Counted from the stretch's first letter, positions 26,061 to 38,981 are shown. The stretch: DNA of 39,018 bases from Octopus bimaculoides (GCF_001194135.2 NC_068982.1:159654475-159693492); one strand, 5' to 3'. Translations and numbers: made by a program. Notes: generated from the letters alone by a model not told the origin.

Positions 26061-26583
26061 ACTTTACTGTAAGTTATTTAAAAGATGAGGAATGATGATA
26101 TAATTTTAAATGATACTCGCCATATAGAATATAACCGTATCGATTGTGCGAATTATATATTATTAAAGATATATCCTGAACAGAATATCTGTTTCAAAAA
26201 ACATATTACGAATTCATTCTTACTATAGATATCGATAAGTATTTCTGCATATATTGACATATAGGCAATTATGAATTTATTGACGCTTATATGTAATGAT
26301 GCACGGATACTACTTGGTGTTTGTAATGTGTTGAGGATATAAATCTGATTCTAATGCTGCAAACATTCACTCACTTTTGTGAATCTCATAACCATGAAAT
26401 GGCTTTGAATGAACAATACCTACAATGACATTATGAAAGAAAGAGTGGTAAAATTGCACAATTGCATGTCATTCCATTCACGAAAAACGATCATATGTCA
26501 CCAATATTACAAACTTATCTTCCCAGAAATGTATAAGACCAAAGGCACGTACACCCAATATGGATATATATACATACATACAC

Positions 26584-26645
<62 letters not shown>

Positions 26646-26846
26646 TCGTATGTGCGCGCGCGTGTTTGTGTGTGTGTGTGTGCGTGTCAGTGTATATAGC
26701 CCTATAAATATAAATGCTCTGAGATTTTTCTATAAAATTTATATAACATATAAACATGTTAGAATAACTTAAACGTATCATTTCATCTTATTGGTTCATA
26801 AGATTCAATAAACAATATACGGATGTTGAAATTTTATTTAATGATA

Positions 26847-27539
26847 NNNNNNNNNNNNNNNNNNNNNNNNNNNNNNNNNNNNNNNNNNNNNNNNNNNNNN
26901 NNNNNNNNNNNNNNNNNNNNNNNNNNNNNNNNNNNNNNNNNNNNNNNNNNNNNNNNNNNNNNNNNNNNNNNNNNNNNNNNNNNNNNNNNNNNNNNNNNNN
27001 NNNNNNNNNNNNNNNNNNNNNNNNNNNNNNNNNNNNNNNNNNNNNNNNNNNNNNNNNNNNNNNNNNNNNNNNNNNNNNNNNNNNNNNNNNNNNNNNNNNN
27101 NNNNNNNNNNNNNNNNNNNNNNNNNNNNNNNNNNNNNNNNNNNNNNNNNNNNNNNNNNNNNNNNNNNNNNNNNNNNNNNNNNNNNNNNNNNNNNNNNNNN
27201 NNNNNNNNNNNNNNNNNNNNNNNNNNNNNNNNNNNNNNNNNNNNNNNNNNNNNNNNNNNNNNNNNNNNNNNNNNNNNNNNNNNNNNNNNNNNNNNNNNNN
27301 NNNNNNNNNNNNNNNNNNNNNNNNNNNNNNNNNNNNNNNNNNNNNNNNNNNNNNNNNNNNNNNNNNNNNNNNNNNNNNNNNNNNNNNNNNNNNNNNNNNN
27401 NNNNNNNNNNNNNNNNNNNNNNNNNNNNNNNNNNNNNNNNNNNNNNNNNNNNNNNNNNNNNNNNNNNNNNNNNNNNNNNNNNNNNNNNNNNNNNNNNNNN
27501 NNNNNNNNNNNNNNNNNNNNNNNNNNNNNNNNNNNNNNN
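26847..27539. other. Assembly gap (largest); others at 2546-2596, 9008-9155, 11105-11301, 12677-12857, 32683-32739 and 38278-38492
   Basis: Runs of N, mostly adjacent to (TA)n or (GT)n. Confidence 0.99.
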
Positions 27540-27572
<33 letters not shown>

Positions 27573-27669
27573 TATACATATATATATTTGAAATTTACAG
27601 AACAACAAAAGACGAAGACAAGTGTATAAACAAATAGTTGTATAATTTTAACGCTCGGGTAACGTTATA

Positions 27670-27743
27670 GAGGTCACTGCTTGGAATCAAACTCGGAATC
27701 TTGGGATTAGTAGCCTGCGCTCATAACCACTATGCCATATGCC
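27670..27743 (-). mobile_element. SINE tRNA-like head fragment
   Basis: Minus strand ggcatatggcatagtggttatgagcgcaggctactaatcccaagattccgagtttgattcc contains A- and B-box-like motifs. Confidence 0.6.
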
Positions 27744-27755
27744 AATATTATTATT

Positions 27756-27757
<2 letters not shown>

Positions 27758-27850
<93 letters not shown>

Positions 27851-27863
27851 TAACAACAACAAC
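27758..27863. repeat. (TAA)n/(CAA)n microsatellite
   Basis: Direct reading; source of the poly-Asn/Ile ORFs. Confidence 0.97.
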
Positions 27864-27894
27864 ATCGAAAAATACCTTAAGAATGAGAACTCAG

Positions 27895-28045
27895 GTTCGA
27901 AATTTCACCATCACGTCGATGAAGGCTGGAGGTTATATCAGCTGAAACGTTCTGTTAACAAAGAAGAAGAGGAGAAATATCCGTCCAATGAAAATAATGT
28001 AAATAATGTACATAATCCCTCATCTCTCAAATATAGAACTGTATA
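27895..28045 (+). mobile_element. Penelope-pLTR-like fragment with a decayed hammerhead-like core
   Basis: tcGATGA-A-GGCTGG-aggttata-TCAGCT-GAAAC-gttct-GTT (27916-27956); the C3/U4 positions are altered. Family assignment is from recalled pattern only. Confidence 0.35.
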
Positions 28046-29161
28046 GTTAACCAGGTTCGTTTAAAACTGAATGCTTTATTGATATCTCCCCAGAATTTTG
28101 AATGCCTTATTTCTTGTTATATATATACATACATGCATACGTACGTACGTATGTGTATATGTATGCATGTATGAATGAATGTATGTGTGTGTGTGTCTAT
28201 GTATACACACACACACACACTCAGGGAAGGAAAGAAAAATTGCCAACGATTCACATGGGATTACATTTTGATGACTGGAAAGGATTGGGTGAAGAAAAAG
28301 TTCTTTCTAAGACAGGAGAGTGTAAAAGAAGGGGTATTTGTGTGTATATGTGTGTATGTGCATGCACGCAAGTCTTTGTGTGTGTAATAGCATGTGTGTG
28401 TATGTGTATGTGTTGTGGGTGTGGTGTTTCTGTGGTGTTGGCTGTTTTATATGTGTATGCGTGAGTGAACTTTGTGTCTCTTAATGTTGTAGGAAAAATT
28501 CAGCAGCATGGTAACAGGAGTGGTGGTCCTTTGTGTAGTTGTGTATATCTTCACATTTGCGTAGAGGAATGGTCAACAGAAAGGTGGTTGACTGGCAGTT
28601 TGAAGTATGTTTGTGCGTGTGTATATATGTATATGTTGTGCGTGTGCTTTGTGTGTAGACTGTGTATATATATGTGTTTGTGTACGTGTGTATATGTATG
28701 TGTGCGTGGGGTTGAGTGCGTCGAGTTATATACACGTTCCTGTGTGTGCGTGTGAGCGTGTGCGTATGTGTGCGTGTATATGTGTGTGTACAAGCATGTG
28801 TAGTTGTGTGTGTATATGTGTGTGAGCATCTGTGTATATGTGTGTGTGCGTGTATGTGTTTGCATGTGCGTGCGTGTGTGTATATGTGTGTACGTGGGGT
28901 TGTGTGCGTGTATGTGTGTGCATGTGTGTGCGTGTGTGTATATGAGTGTATATGAGTCATTTGGCCGCAGTCAAATGACTGGAACAAGTAAAAGAGTGAA
29001 GAGCAGTTAATGTTAAAAAATACGACGAGAGAAAACGATAAAAAATCGAAAAAAGGGTAACGGTGTAAAAAGTAAGCGTGTATAAGAGAGGATAAAATAA
29101 GATAAAACAAAATGAAATAAAAATCAAATAAGAAGGTGCTTTTTTTTTAAAGAGGAGGGGG

Positions 29162-29451
29162 TCGTGTTAAGTCCGAAAGGAATTTGTGTTTGTAGATTGA
29201 ATATGTAACGCTGTTCCAAGCGGCGTAGCGAGTGTGTGGTTCGTGGTGCAAGGCCAGTCCAGAGATAGAGTATTACATTCAAGGGATGAACATATGTTGA
29301 AAGATCGATTTTCATAGCTTCTTCTGATGTTTCCATTCTTGTTGTTGATGGAGAGGTTGGGCAAGCGCAAATGACGGGCGAAGGGCTTGCTCGTGTGTAG
29401 CCGAACATCTCGTAGTTGTTCGGTGAAGCGGTCGGCAAGCCGGCGGCCCAG
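29162..29451 (-). mobile_element. Penelope-like element GIY-YIG endonuclease C-terminal fragment (pseudogenised, interrupted by an insertion)
   Basis: Minus strand GRRLADRFTEQLRDVRLHTSKPFARHLRLPNLSINN ... SISGLALHH.TTHSLRRLEQRYIFNLQTQIPFGLN matches the PLE GIY-YIG pattern (G.T.R.L..RF.EH...; R...E...I..L.T..P.GLN). Truncated by (GA)n at 29461. Confidence 0.85.
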
Positions 29452-29457
29452 CGAGAT

Positions 29458-29460
<3 letters not shown>

Positions 29461-29522
<62 letters not shown>
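29461..29522. repeat. (GA)n microsatellite
   Basis: Direct reading. Confidence 0.97.
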
Positions 29523-29666
29523 TATTACAATAAGAGCTATACCATTAAAGAGATGCATGATATACTATACGGAAATAAATTTCTTACTTTACTACTTGAG
29601 TGGTCAATGGATATTTTGTAAGAAAAAAAGAAAGGAAAATTGCAGTTATGAAAGCGCAATTATCTT

Positions 29667-29747
<81 letters not shown>
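29667..29747. repeat. (ACT)n microsatellite
   Basis: Direct reading; source of the poly-Thr/Leu ORFs. Confidence 0.97.
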
Positions 29748-31224
29748 AAGTGGTGCTGTTTCAGCTCCACAGTTACATTCTGATTATTTTCATTAGCAAC
29801 AAACCTAGTGAGATCACAGCTGTACTTGAGTTCTTTTCTGAGCAATGCGTTTGTAAACGGCTGTCAGCAATAATTATATGGTTGTTCTCATAGCAAACGT
29901 TGTCCTAGATCTGGAATATATTAGCACATGATAACAAAGAAACAGCAGCAGTTTGAGAAACTGATTGAGAAAAAAGAAACAACAGGAGAGAGAATAATTG
30001 AATATAATATAAGAAAGAGCAAGCCACTAATAGATAAGATGATACTCTATACTGTTTTGGGAATAAACTACTGCATTTACTAATATGGACATACTTTGTA
30101 CATACTTTTCACATTTCTTTGAGTTTAGTCTCTCCTGTAGAGATCTCTGTACATATAGCATTCCTAATATAGAAATTTCGTAATCCTCGTACATTCAAGT
30201 AAAAATATTATCATAATAAATATTCATATTACGTGGAATACGTCAGGAATTATTTATTGTGAAAGTGCAGCAATCAAAATTTCATGATTCATATCATAGT
30301 GATAATTTATACAATTGTTGATTAGATGATAAATATAAAATATTTGACACACGCATAGGTTTAGTTACCTGAAATGACTTGCTATACGCGAAAACGTTAT
30401 ATCGTCATCTCAAATTCATTTTATATAATATTAAGTTTCATATAGACCTATGAGCTTACACGCAATAAAGAGTGTTGCTAGCATTAATGCATTTCGAAAA
30501 GTATGGCTTTATTTATATAAGGAAAATAATATTCACCGGACGTTCTGAATTAACCGCATACAAATGAAAAGCCATGTTTTCTGTATGTGATAGTTGAGGA
30601 TTATTGATTTTAAAGTATGTTATTTACTCAGGAGAATCAATGTTTACATGAAGAAAGATAAATAAATAACATTTGTGTTGGAGAAGGTCTAAGTTGAAAT
30701 GACCAAACAGTTATTTTCTTTGTATCGATTTTTACAAATCCGAAGTTGGAATTTCCTCTTCAGAAATATGACGAACCTTCAAGTTACATATTTTCACTAT
30801 TCTTAAACTCTGAGTATCAGACCTAATTCTGTTTGATGTTAAACTATTTCATCTCAATAGAATAGACTTTCAAACCTGCAACGATTTAGAAGTTAAGTTT
30901 TTTTTGTTTTTTTTTCCCGGAATGCGTAAGCTGTAAGGAAGCATAAATGAATAATAATGATTAAAAGACCAAAAAATTGTATTACATTCAAGGGATGAAC
31001 ATATGTTGAAAGATCGATTTTCATAGCTTCTCCGGATGTTTCCATTCTTGTTGTTGATACTGTTGTTACGATAAACGTGAATTTCCCTTATCAGGTATTT
31101 GATCAGATACTTTCAATCTGTATAGTATAAGCTCACAAAGACAATATTTCTACTGACATCTACTTCATGCTGAATACTATACCAGGTAAGTGTACATTCA
31201 TATCTGCATGGTGTTATATTAAAA

Positions 31225-31539
31225 ATATACAAATATCGTATATACGTTCCTTTGGGTATTCAATGTGTCGAGCTTAAATACTAGGGCGTTGTTGAAAGGT
31301 AGATTTCAAGACAGGATCGAATGTAAAGAGTTTTAACTCTATTTTACATACGTAAAGCTATCGTGTATCTCTTCCATATAGAATATATACACATGTCGTA
31401 TACACGTTCATTTGGATGTTCAGTGTGTCGAGTGTAAATGCTAGGACGTTGTTGAAAGGTAGATTTCAAGATACGATCGAACGCAGTTTTAACTCCATTT
31501 TACATACTTGAGGCTATCGTGTATATATTCCATATAGAA
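31225..31539. repeat. Tandem duplication of a ~160-bp non-simple unit
   Basis: cgttc at 31245 and 31405; shared gttgttgaaaggtagatttcaaga, gttttaactc.attttacatac and gctatcgtgtat...ttccatatagaa. Confidence 0.9.
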
Positions 31540-31953
31540 GGATTCACTGAATTTTAGAATATTTATTCCATAAAATAGTTCTCCATGTTTTGTTTTAAAG
31601 TGATTCGTTCTATTTCTAACATCATCATACTATGATTATAAGTTGAAAACTTTGTACCTACTGACTTGTATTAATGTGAACGCTTCGGTTGACCATTTCA
31701 CTGACGGCGTCTCGTCTCTAAGAAGCAAATTAATCAGAAGATCAAATATCTTAGGCCATTTCATTAAAAATAAATCTGCTCAATTTATTGGGGATTATCA
31801 ATGCTTAACTATTTATTCTGCAGGTGTTGCTCTTCCTTGTATACCGGTTCTTTTAAATTCTTGATATAGTTGAACTTAGAAATATATGCTAATCATTCAG
31901 ATTAAAAAGGCAACAAATTCCTAGTTGTCTTGTCGTTATTATCCAGTGGAATA

Positions 31954-32170
31954 CGGTGAGGTGGTAGAATCATTAAAGCACTGAACAAAATGCTTAGCGA
32001 TATTTCTCAGTTTTTAAGCTCTGAGTTCAAACACCATCGAGAACAACTATGACTTGTATCCCTTTCAGGGGTCAATGAAATAAGCACCAGTCATTTATGG
32101 AGGCCAGTGTAATCAACTAGCACTTTCCCCCAAAAATCTCAGGCCCTGTGCCCACTGAAGCAAGTATTAT
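31954..32170 (+). mobile_element. Diverged SINE (family of 10449/35231)
   Basis: cggtgaggtggtagaatc...aaaatgcttagcgatattt...ctgagttcaaa...ggggtcaatgaaataagcaccagt...cccccaaaaatctcaggcc. Confidence 0.75.
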
Positions 32171-33639
32171 ACAGAAGATCTATGTAAAGCAAATCATGGA
32201 GGATTTTGGAGGCAGCTATGTGATTAAGGCGATAACCTCAGAAGCAATTTGTTCTGGACTAGATTACAATACCGAGTTGGACACGTATTTTCTACCATAC
32301 ATTTGTAATAGAAATTGTATAGACGGAAGCTGTGCAAAAGTATACTGATGTTAATAAATCTATCGGTACATAAAGACCCTGTTTCAGTGAATATATAACT
32401 CGACCCTATTAACAGTTTTATATATACAGTGGTGGATATACAATACACGTGCCCTGAAGATTAAATATGCCCGTGTGCATATGGCGTAGTGGTTTGAGTG
32501 TTTGATGGAGTGTATGAGTTGGCTGTTATATTAAATTTATAATATGGTGTAATTTAATCATTCTTTGTGTAATATACAAATGCTTCGTTTATTTTAATTT
32601 ATGAAATCTTGTTGGAAATCTATATATATGCGCGCCTCTGTGTGTGCTCATGTATGTGTATGTGTGTGTGTGTGTGTGTGTGNNNNNNNNNNNNNNNNNN
32701 NNNNNNNNNNNNNNNNNNNNNNNNNNNNNNNNNNNNNNNACGAGTGCGTGTATTTGACTGCGATTGTGAGTGCGCGCTGTTTATGAGTACGTATGTGTCG
32801 TGGTATGCGTGCTCGAGTATAAAACCAGCACTTTTCGGATAACTTACTTCCGTTAATGTTCATGTATTGTGTTAGACATACCTTTTTCACAAATGCTCTT
32901 AAACAATGATTCCACTGTCGGAGGCATTTAAATAAGGACGTTATTGTTTGTGGATTTTTTTTAAATTATACTATAAATTATTGCAGATTATACGGGAAGC
33001 ATTTCAGTAATTTTCATGTGATGGAACTTCTATATCTCTTTAATGTTGTCTCTAGTTAATTACTCTTTATTGAGAGCTTCGGAAAAATTTTCTGGTAAAT
33101 ATGGTTTTGAGAGAGGGTTGTTATAAATATTTAATTTGATTGTCATTCAGATATATATTGATCTATTATTTATTCATTATGTTTCTTTCTCCAAGTCATA
33201 TAATTTACTTTCAATTTCCACTTATTTGTTTCTGATAATTAACACTTCTTATTATTATTCCTTCCCCTTTCTCTCCATTAATACCACAACTAATTTCCTT
33301 CATCTCTGCTGTCTTTTAACACCAGTGTGTCTATAAGCAATGTCGTGCCACACATATTTAACGACGAATTGTACCATAATAACATTTTAGACGTTATATT
33401 GAATAGAATTGATTGCCGATCGATTTATTTTGAATCGATTTGATTTTTTATTTGATTTTTAAAAATTTTCTATTTGGAAATATGGTTATGAAATACGTGT
33501 AGTCATTTTCACTATTTTAGTATTTATTACTTTGTACTTTTTAAATGTTTATTATAGGTCTTTTTAGTGTATTTACTTATAATTTTTTTCTATATGATTG
33601 TGGATTTTCATGAATGAATTAAATAATTGTGGTTTTTAC

Positions 33640-33676
<37 letters not shown>

Positions 33677-33699
33677 AGTCAATACCTATTTCGGCGGCT

Positions 33700-33986
33700 A
33701 GTGTTCCGCCTGCAATTATACACCACAGGTTACTAGTCACATTGTGCTTCCTGGCATTATTAAAGCTTTCGAATGATGCAACCCCGCTGGCTAAGTAAGA
33801 AGCGAAGCACTCCCCCAGAACGAGGCATCATTTCATCATGGGGTTACATATTTACTGCTGGGTGAACTAGAGAAACGGAAATTGAAGTCTTTTTCTCAAG
33901 GATACAACGTGCTGGTAATCTGGAAATTGAAAACGGGATCTTGTTGTTGTGAATGCAACGTCCTTATCATAAGGCTAAACTCACGC
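33700..33986 (-). mobile_element. Diverged tRNA-derived SINE with CORE-like central domain
   Basis: catatttactgctgggtgaactagag...gaagtctttttctcaaggatacaac is the antisense CORE-like block (aagtgtcttgc.caagga); tRNA-like head at 33940-33986. Confidence 0.55.
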
Positions 33987-34641
33987 AGAGACACATATGT
34001 GTGTGATTGTAGTACTCACACCAAGGTGTTGGGAATTACACATTCTTTTGGATTAGTTCAAATGTATTCGGCACGAAAACATATCCCCACCAAAACACTC
34101 TTGTATTTAGTATTTTGGACAATTTTAACGGTCTTCCAATTAAAATATCTACGAAGGACGAAGACATGGTATTTAAACAATTAACCAGCATCGTAAAATG
34201 ACATAGCTGAAGATTATACTGAGCAATACATTGATCACAACAGATCTTTTCTATTATTTTCTCTTCTCACTAAATAGATTTATCATTCTGATTCGTCTTA
34301 TTTTTCTATCTTTTATCTCGCAGCATCAAAACATGTAGCATGCGCATAATATCCCCATTGTCCGAGGCATAATAGGCGAACAGATTAACTAGATTATTAT
34401 CAGTATTCATTTTGAAAAATTTATAACTAATAATTGAAATGCATTTTGAATTCAGGTGGCTATAAACACTAACACTCTTCCAATGAACTAGACTTATACG
34501 ATTATATAATGAATAAAATATTTACTTAGGTACCTGCAGCAAGTTAGTATAATGAGTTACTGGAAGATAAACCGTGCCAGTACCCACAGCATAAAAAACC
34601 CTGCAAATTGTGTGATCACTGTGGTCATTATATAGCATGGA

Positions 34642-34963
34642 GTGAAGGTGCCTGGCGTAACGGCTACAGTACTCATTTCACGATCGTAAGATCGTGAGTT
34701 GGATTGCAGATGGCGTGTTGTCACTTTCGTCAAATATATTTGCCTTTGCTGCAGTCCACCCAGCTGGCAAATGTGATTAGCACCCATTATTGAAAGGGCC
34801 AGCCTTGTCACACATTCTGTCACACTGAATCTCTCTAAGAATGACGTTAAGGGCATGCGTGTCTATGGAGTGCTTAACCACTTGTCACGTTAATTTCATG
34901 AGCAGGCTGTTCCGTTGATCAGATTAAATAGAGCCCTTGTTGTTGTAACCAACTGAGTGCCAG
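34642..34963 (+). mobile_element. tRNA-derived SINE, second family
   Basis: Head gaaggtgcctggcgtaacggct...cacgatcgtaagatcgtgagtt; body homologous to the minus copy at 25775-26060. Confidence 0.7.
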
Positions 34964-35230
34964 TTTAGCAAGAAAATTCTGTTTCGTAGATCAAAATTTC
35001 GTAGTAATTATGCGATTGTAGAGCACACTGCAGTGAGGATATTTTCTATTGTGAAAAATCTTGGAGTGGAGGAAGTTTCAAAACTGAACGGTAAACAGCA
35101 TTATTTGTAGAGGGCGAGTGGAAATGAAATTTGTTTAAGCAATATAATTTTATTTGTATTTAAATCTCACTTATTTTTAAAGAACCATAATGGATCTACG
35201 CTATATACATACAATATCGTTGCTATATTA

Positions 35231-35453
35231 AGGCGGCGAGCTGGCAGAAAGTTTAGCACATCGGGCAAAATGCTTAGCAGTATTTCGTCTGTCTTAACAT
35301 TTTGTGTTCAAATTCCGCCGAGGTCGACTTTGTCTTTCATCCTTTCGGGGGATCGATAAATTAAGCACCAGTTGCGTACTGGAGTCGATCTAATCGACTG
35401 CCCCCCCCCCCTCTCCCAAAATTTCGGACCATGTGCCTAGACTAGAAAAGGAT
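35231..35453 (+). mobile_element. Full-length SINE with a 13-bp target-site duplication
   Basis: aggcggcgagctggcagaa...gttcaaattccgccgaggtcgactttg...gaaaaggat, flanked by TCGTTGCTATATT at 35217-35229 and 35455-35467. Confidence 0.9.
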
Positions 35454-35791
35454 CTCGTTGCTATATTGATTTCTTAGGTACCTCATATCTCATTGTCGAA
35501 CATGTATTCATTTCAATACAAAAGAAAATTTCGAGTTACGTTAAACATACATAAATTCTTCCATTAACCATGAAAAAACAGTGACCAACCGATTAACTAT
35601 AAGGCGATGTTCTTGCATTTGAATGTTTTGGATATTGATTCATAAATAGATCAACTTATATCATTGTTCAGCATTGACTTTTATCTAAAGTACGAAATAT
35701 GATAAAGATGCATATAAATGCAATGCAGGTTTCAATTAGTAATGAAAATAAAACAGTTCCATAATTCTGGAGTAATGAAATTTTTTCTTTC

Positions 35792-36062
35792 ATCTAGAAT
35801 GTATAAATCACAGTATGTGTGTGTGTGTAAAGACTAACGCATACATTTCTACAATTCTCAACCGATTTTCACCAAATTTTGCACACACATTACTTATGTC
35901 ACAAGGATGGTCATGCACTATAACATTTTGCCCATGAACTCATAGGTAAATGAACAAACCGGGAAAAACAGTGGTTTACGCGATTATATCTCTAATTCGT
36001 TGTATGCGCATACATTTTTGTATGTAGAGCCCTACACTCTTTTTAAATCTATAATATAGATT
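35792..36062. mobile_element. Non-autonomous Helitron-like fragment(s)
   Basis: atcta..tataaa start followed by (GT)n and tcaaccgattttcaccaaattttgcacac, a pattern typical of non-autonomous Helitrons; second TCTATA-type end at ~36045-36062 on the minus strand. No CTAG 3' end seen. Confidence 0.4.
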
Positions 36063-36265
36063 GTATATGATCGTATATTGCCATTACAGAACATTTTTGA
36101 GAGGTTTTCATATTTTTTTTATTTTTTTTATTTTTAGATTGTAATTGTGTGTTATTGAATTTTGTGTTTGAGTGTTTTGGTTAGAGAATATCATAAAAGT
36201 GAAAGGCTCTGTCTATTTATTTATTTCGACTGTTTTCCATAATTTTTAATATATATGTTCATATA

Positions 36266-36451
36266 GACGCAGGAATGGCTGTGTGGTAAGTAGCTTGCTT
36301 ACCAATCACATGGTCCCATGTTCAGTCCCATCGCGTGGCACATTGGGCAAGTGTCTTCTACTATAGCCCCGGGCCGACCAAAGCCTTGTGAGTGGATTTG
36401 GTAGATGGAAACTGAAAGATGCCCGTCGTATATATGTATATATATATATAT

Positions 36452-36535
<84 letters not shown>

Positions 36536-36750
36536 GTATGTATCTGTGTCTGTGTTTGTCCCCCCAACATCGCTTGACAACCGATGGCGGTGTGTTTACG
36601 TCCCCGTAAGTTCGCGGTTCGGCAAAAGAGACCGAAAGAATAAGTACTAGGCTTACAAAGAATAAGTCGTGGGGTCGATTTGCTCGACTAAAGGCGGTGC
36701 TCCAGCATGGCCGCAGTCAAATGACTGGAACAAGTAATAGAGTAAAAGAG
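36266..36750 (+). mobile_element. Full-length CORE-type tRNA SINE with internal (TA)n (octopus OR-like)
   Basis: tRNA head gcaggaatggctgtgtggtaag...gttcagtccca; CORE-like gtggcacattgggcaagtgtcttc; internal microsatellite; tail ggccgcagtcaaatgactggaacaagtaa (a tail fragment also lies at 28962-28996). Confidence 0.85.
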
Positions 36751-38981
36751 ATTTGTGGATTACAGAATATTTGTAAATTGTTTTAGCGTTTTTTGAGTTC
36801 TTATTTCTCTGCCTCACAACGCAACATCTTTTCACTGCCAACTTTCAAAGATTCAAAGCAGTACTCGTGAACTGAAGTCAAACTCTTCATTTTAATTCTA
36901 CTTTTTAAAGTAGATATTATATTGCCATTTTTGAACGTACCAATCATACTTCCCTCCGAGAAAATAGCTCCTTTTGTTCTTGAATAAAGTAAACTCGCAG
37001 CAAGGAAGTTTCAACGTTTTCCTTCAATTTCCTTACACCATTTATGTGGCTATTTCTGACAAGAAATTTTGCTTTCATGTAAAACAACTATATTATGTAG
37101 TCATTATCCGTAATCTACTCCCAAAACTCTTCAGTAGCTCTACTTTGCATCGCTTGCAAACATATCTTCTATGATCATTTAAGTGCAATGACCTCCAAAA
37201 TAACCAACCTTCAATTTGGTTTTCCGTTCCTAGATTAATGGGAAACCTAGATTGCCATGCTACTCATAAACCTTCTCGGTAGCTCAATTATTTGGTGAAA
37301 AAATATTACCCTAGCAACTTAATCCGCCCAAAGGAAGGCTGCGTTTGCTAGTATAACGTGTAACTCTACTGTTAAGAACAAGAATATTGAAAGATTTCTT
37401 TAAAATAGCTGATATAGAACTGTCTTTCTAAGTAAAATTTTATAACGTTATATTGCATTAAATATGTAACCTGAGTGCTCCAAATTTTATTATAAGATAA
37501 GGAAGTTTCCAGAAGATTGACTGTGCAAAAGTCACACAACGCATAGTATAACGACAAAGAGGTTTGGAAGAACTAGGGGTATTATATCGGATTTCGGTCT
37601 CTTTCAGTTTAGATATATAGTTATGAAATGAAACCTAAACATGCCTTGGCTATCACGCGAAACCTAACTAACATCTTTTATATTACCTATTTATTCTTAA
37701 AGATTTTCTCAAAGCCACTTCACGACGTGACAGTGTGTGTGTGTCAGACATGTCTGCTGGAGTAATTTTAGAGGAACGGCAATAGTTAGTGGCACAGCAA
37801 TATACTCACTATAGATAAACAGTAGTTTTATAAAAAAAAACAATTATGCAGGGTCCTAATAGCGTTAGAAATGAATAGGGGTGTGAGGATACGGCGTTTT
37901 GATATAACAAGATATGATTGGCGTAACCACATCAAGCCATTTATTAGGTCGCGAATGCCAACGGAAAACTCTGACAAACCAAATGATGTTTTGCTATTTT
38001 CGGTTGATCAAACGATTAATCGAAACAATCGGTCACTTGATGGTTAATTAATTAGATAACTGAATAATATCAATAAAACGACAAGTGTAAGAGAACAAGT
38101 GCATATATTACACAAACAGCTATTTGCAGAAACGATTTCACATAATGAATCATAAAAAAAATCAGCACACACTTGTGTATGTGTATGTGTGTGCCCTCAC
38201 ACACTCGCAAATAAACACACACACAGATACAAGGGAACATTTTATACGCGTGTATGTATGTATATATATATATATATNNNNNNNNNNNNNNNNNNNNNNN
38301 NNNNNNNNNNNNNNNNNNNNNNNNNNNNNNNNNNNNNNNNNNNNNNNNNNNNNNNNNNNNNNNNNNNNNNNNNNNNNNNNNNNNNNNNNNNNNNNNNNNN
38401 NNNNNNNNNNNNNNNNNNNNNNNNNNNNNNNNNNNNNNNNNNNNNNNNNNNNNNNNNNNNNNNNNNNNNNNNNNNNNNNNNNNNNNNNNNNNTATAAACA
38501 CACATATTAAATGGGCATATATAAAAAAAATATATGTAAATAATTATGAACGCTTTTATTTTAAAGAAGTCTCATTTTATAAAAAATGCCATAAACTGCC
38601 TCGCTTGTACTTAGAAGTATATGTGTATTTGTATATACATATATAATCCTAAATATTCATGCAATAACACATTTCGTTTGTTCTTTAATTTTGTGATAGC
38701 TTACAGGGGTCTTCGGTAATCCCGTGCACGTATCAGAATGATATTAACAAATACTATGTACAATGAATTACCTCCTTGTAATATATTTTTCTTGTGTTCC
38801 ATTTGTACCACGAATATTAACTCCCCATTATCTCTGCAATTTTAAATTCCACTAGTTTCATAAGTGACTATGGCATTATTACAAGAAATTGACAGTACAG
38901 GGACAATTCTAGTTTTTCATTGATAACATGCTTTGAAACTTTTGTACACGAAAATTATTTTGCTAACTATAAATGAGCTAA

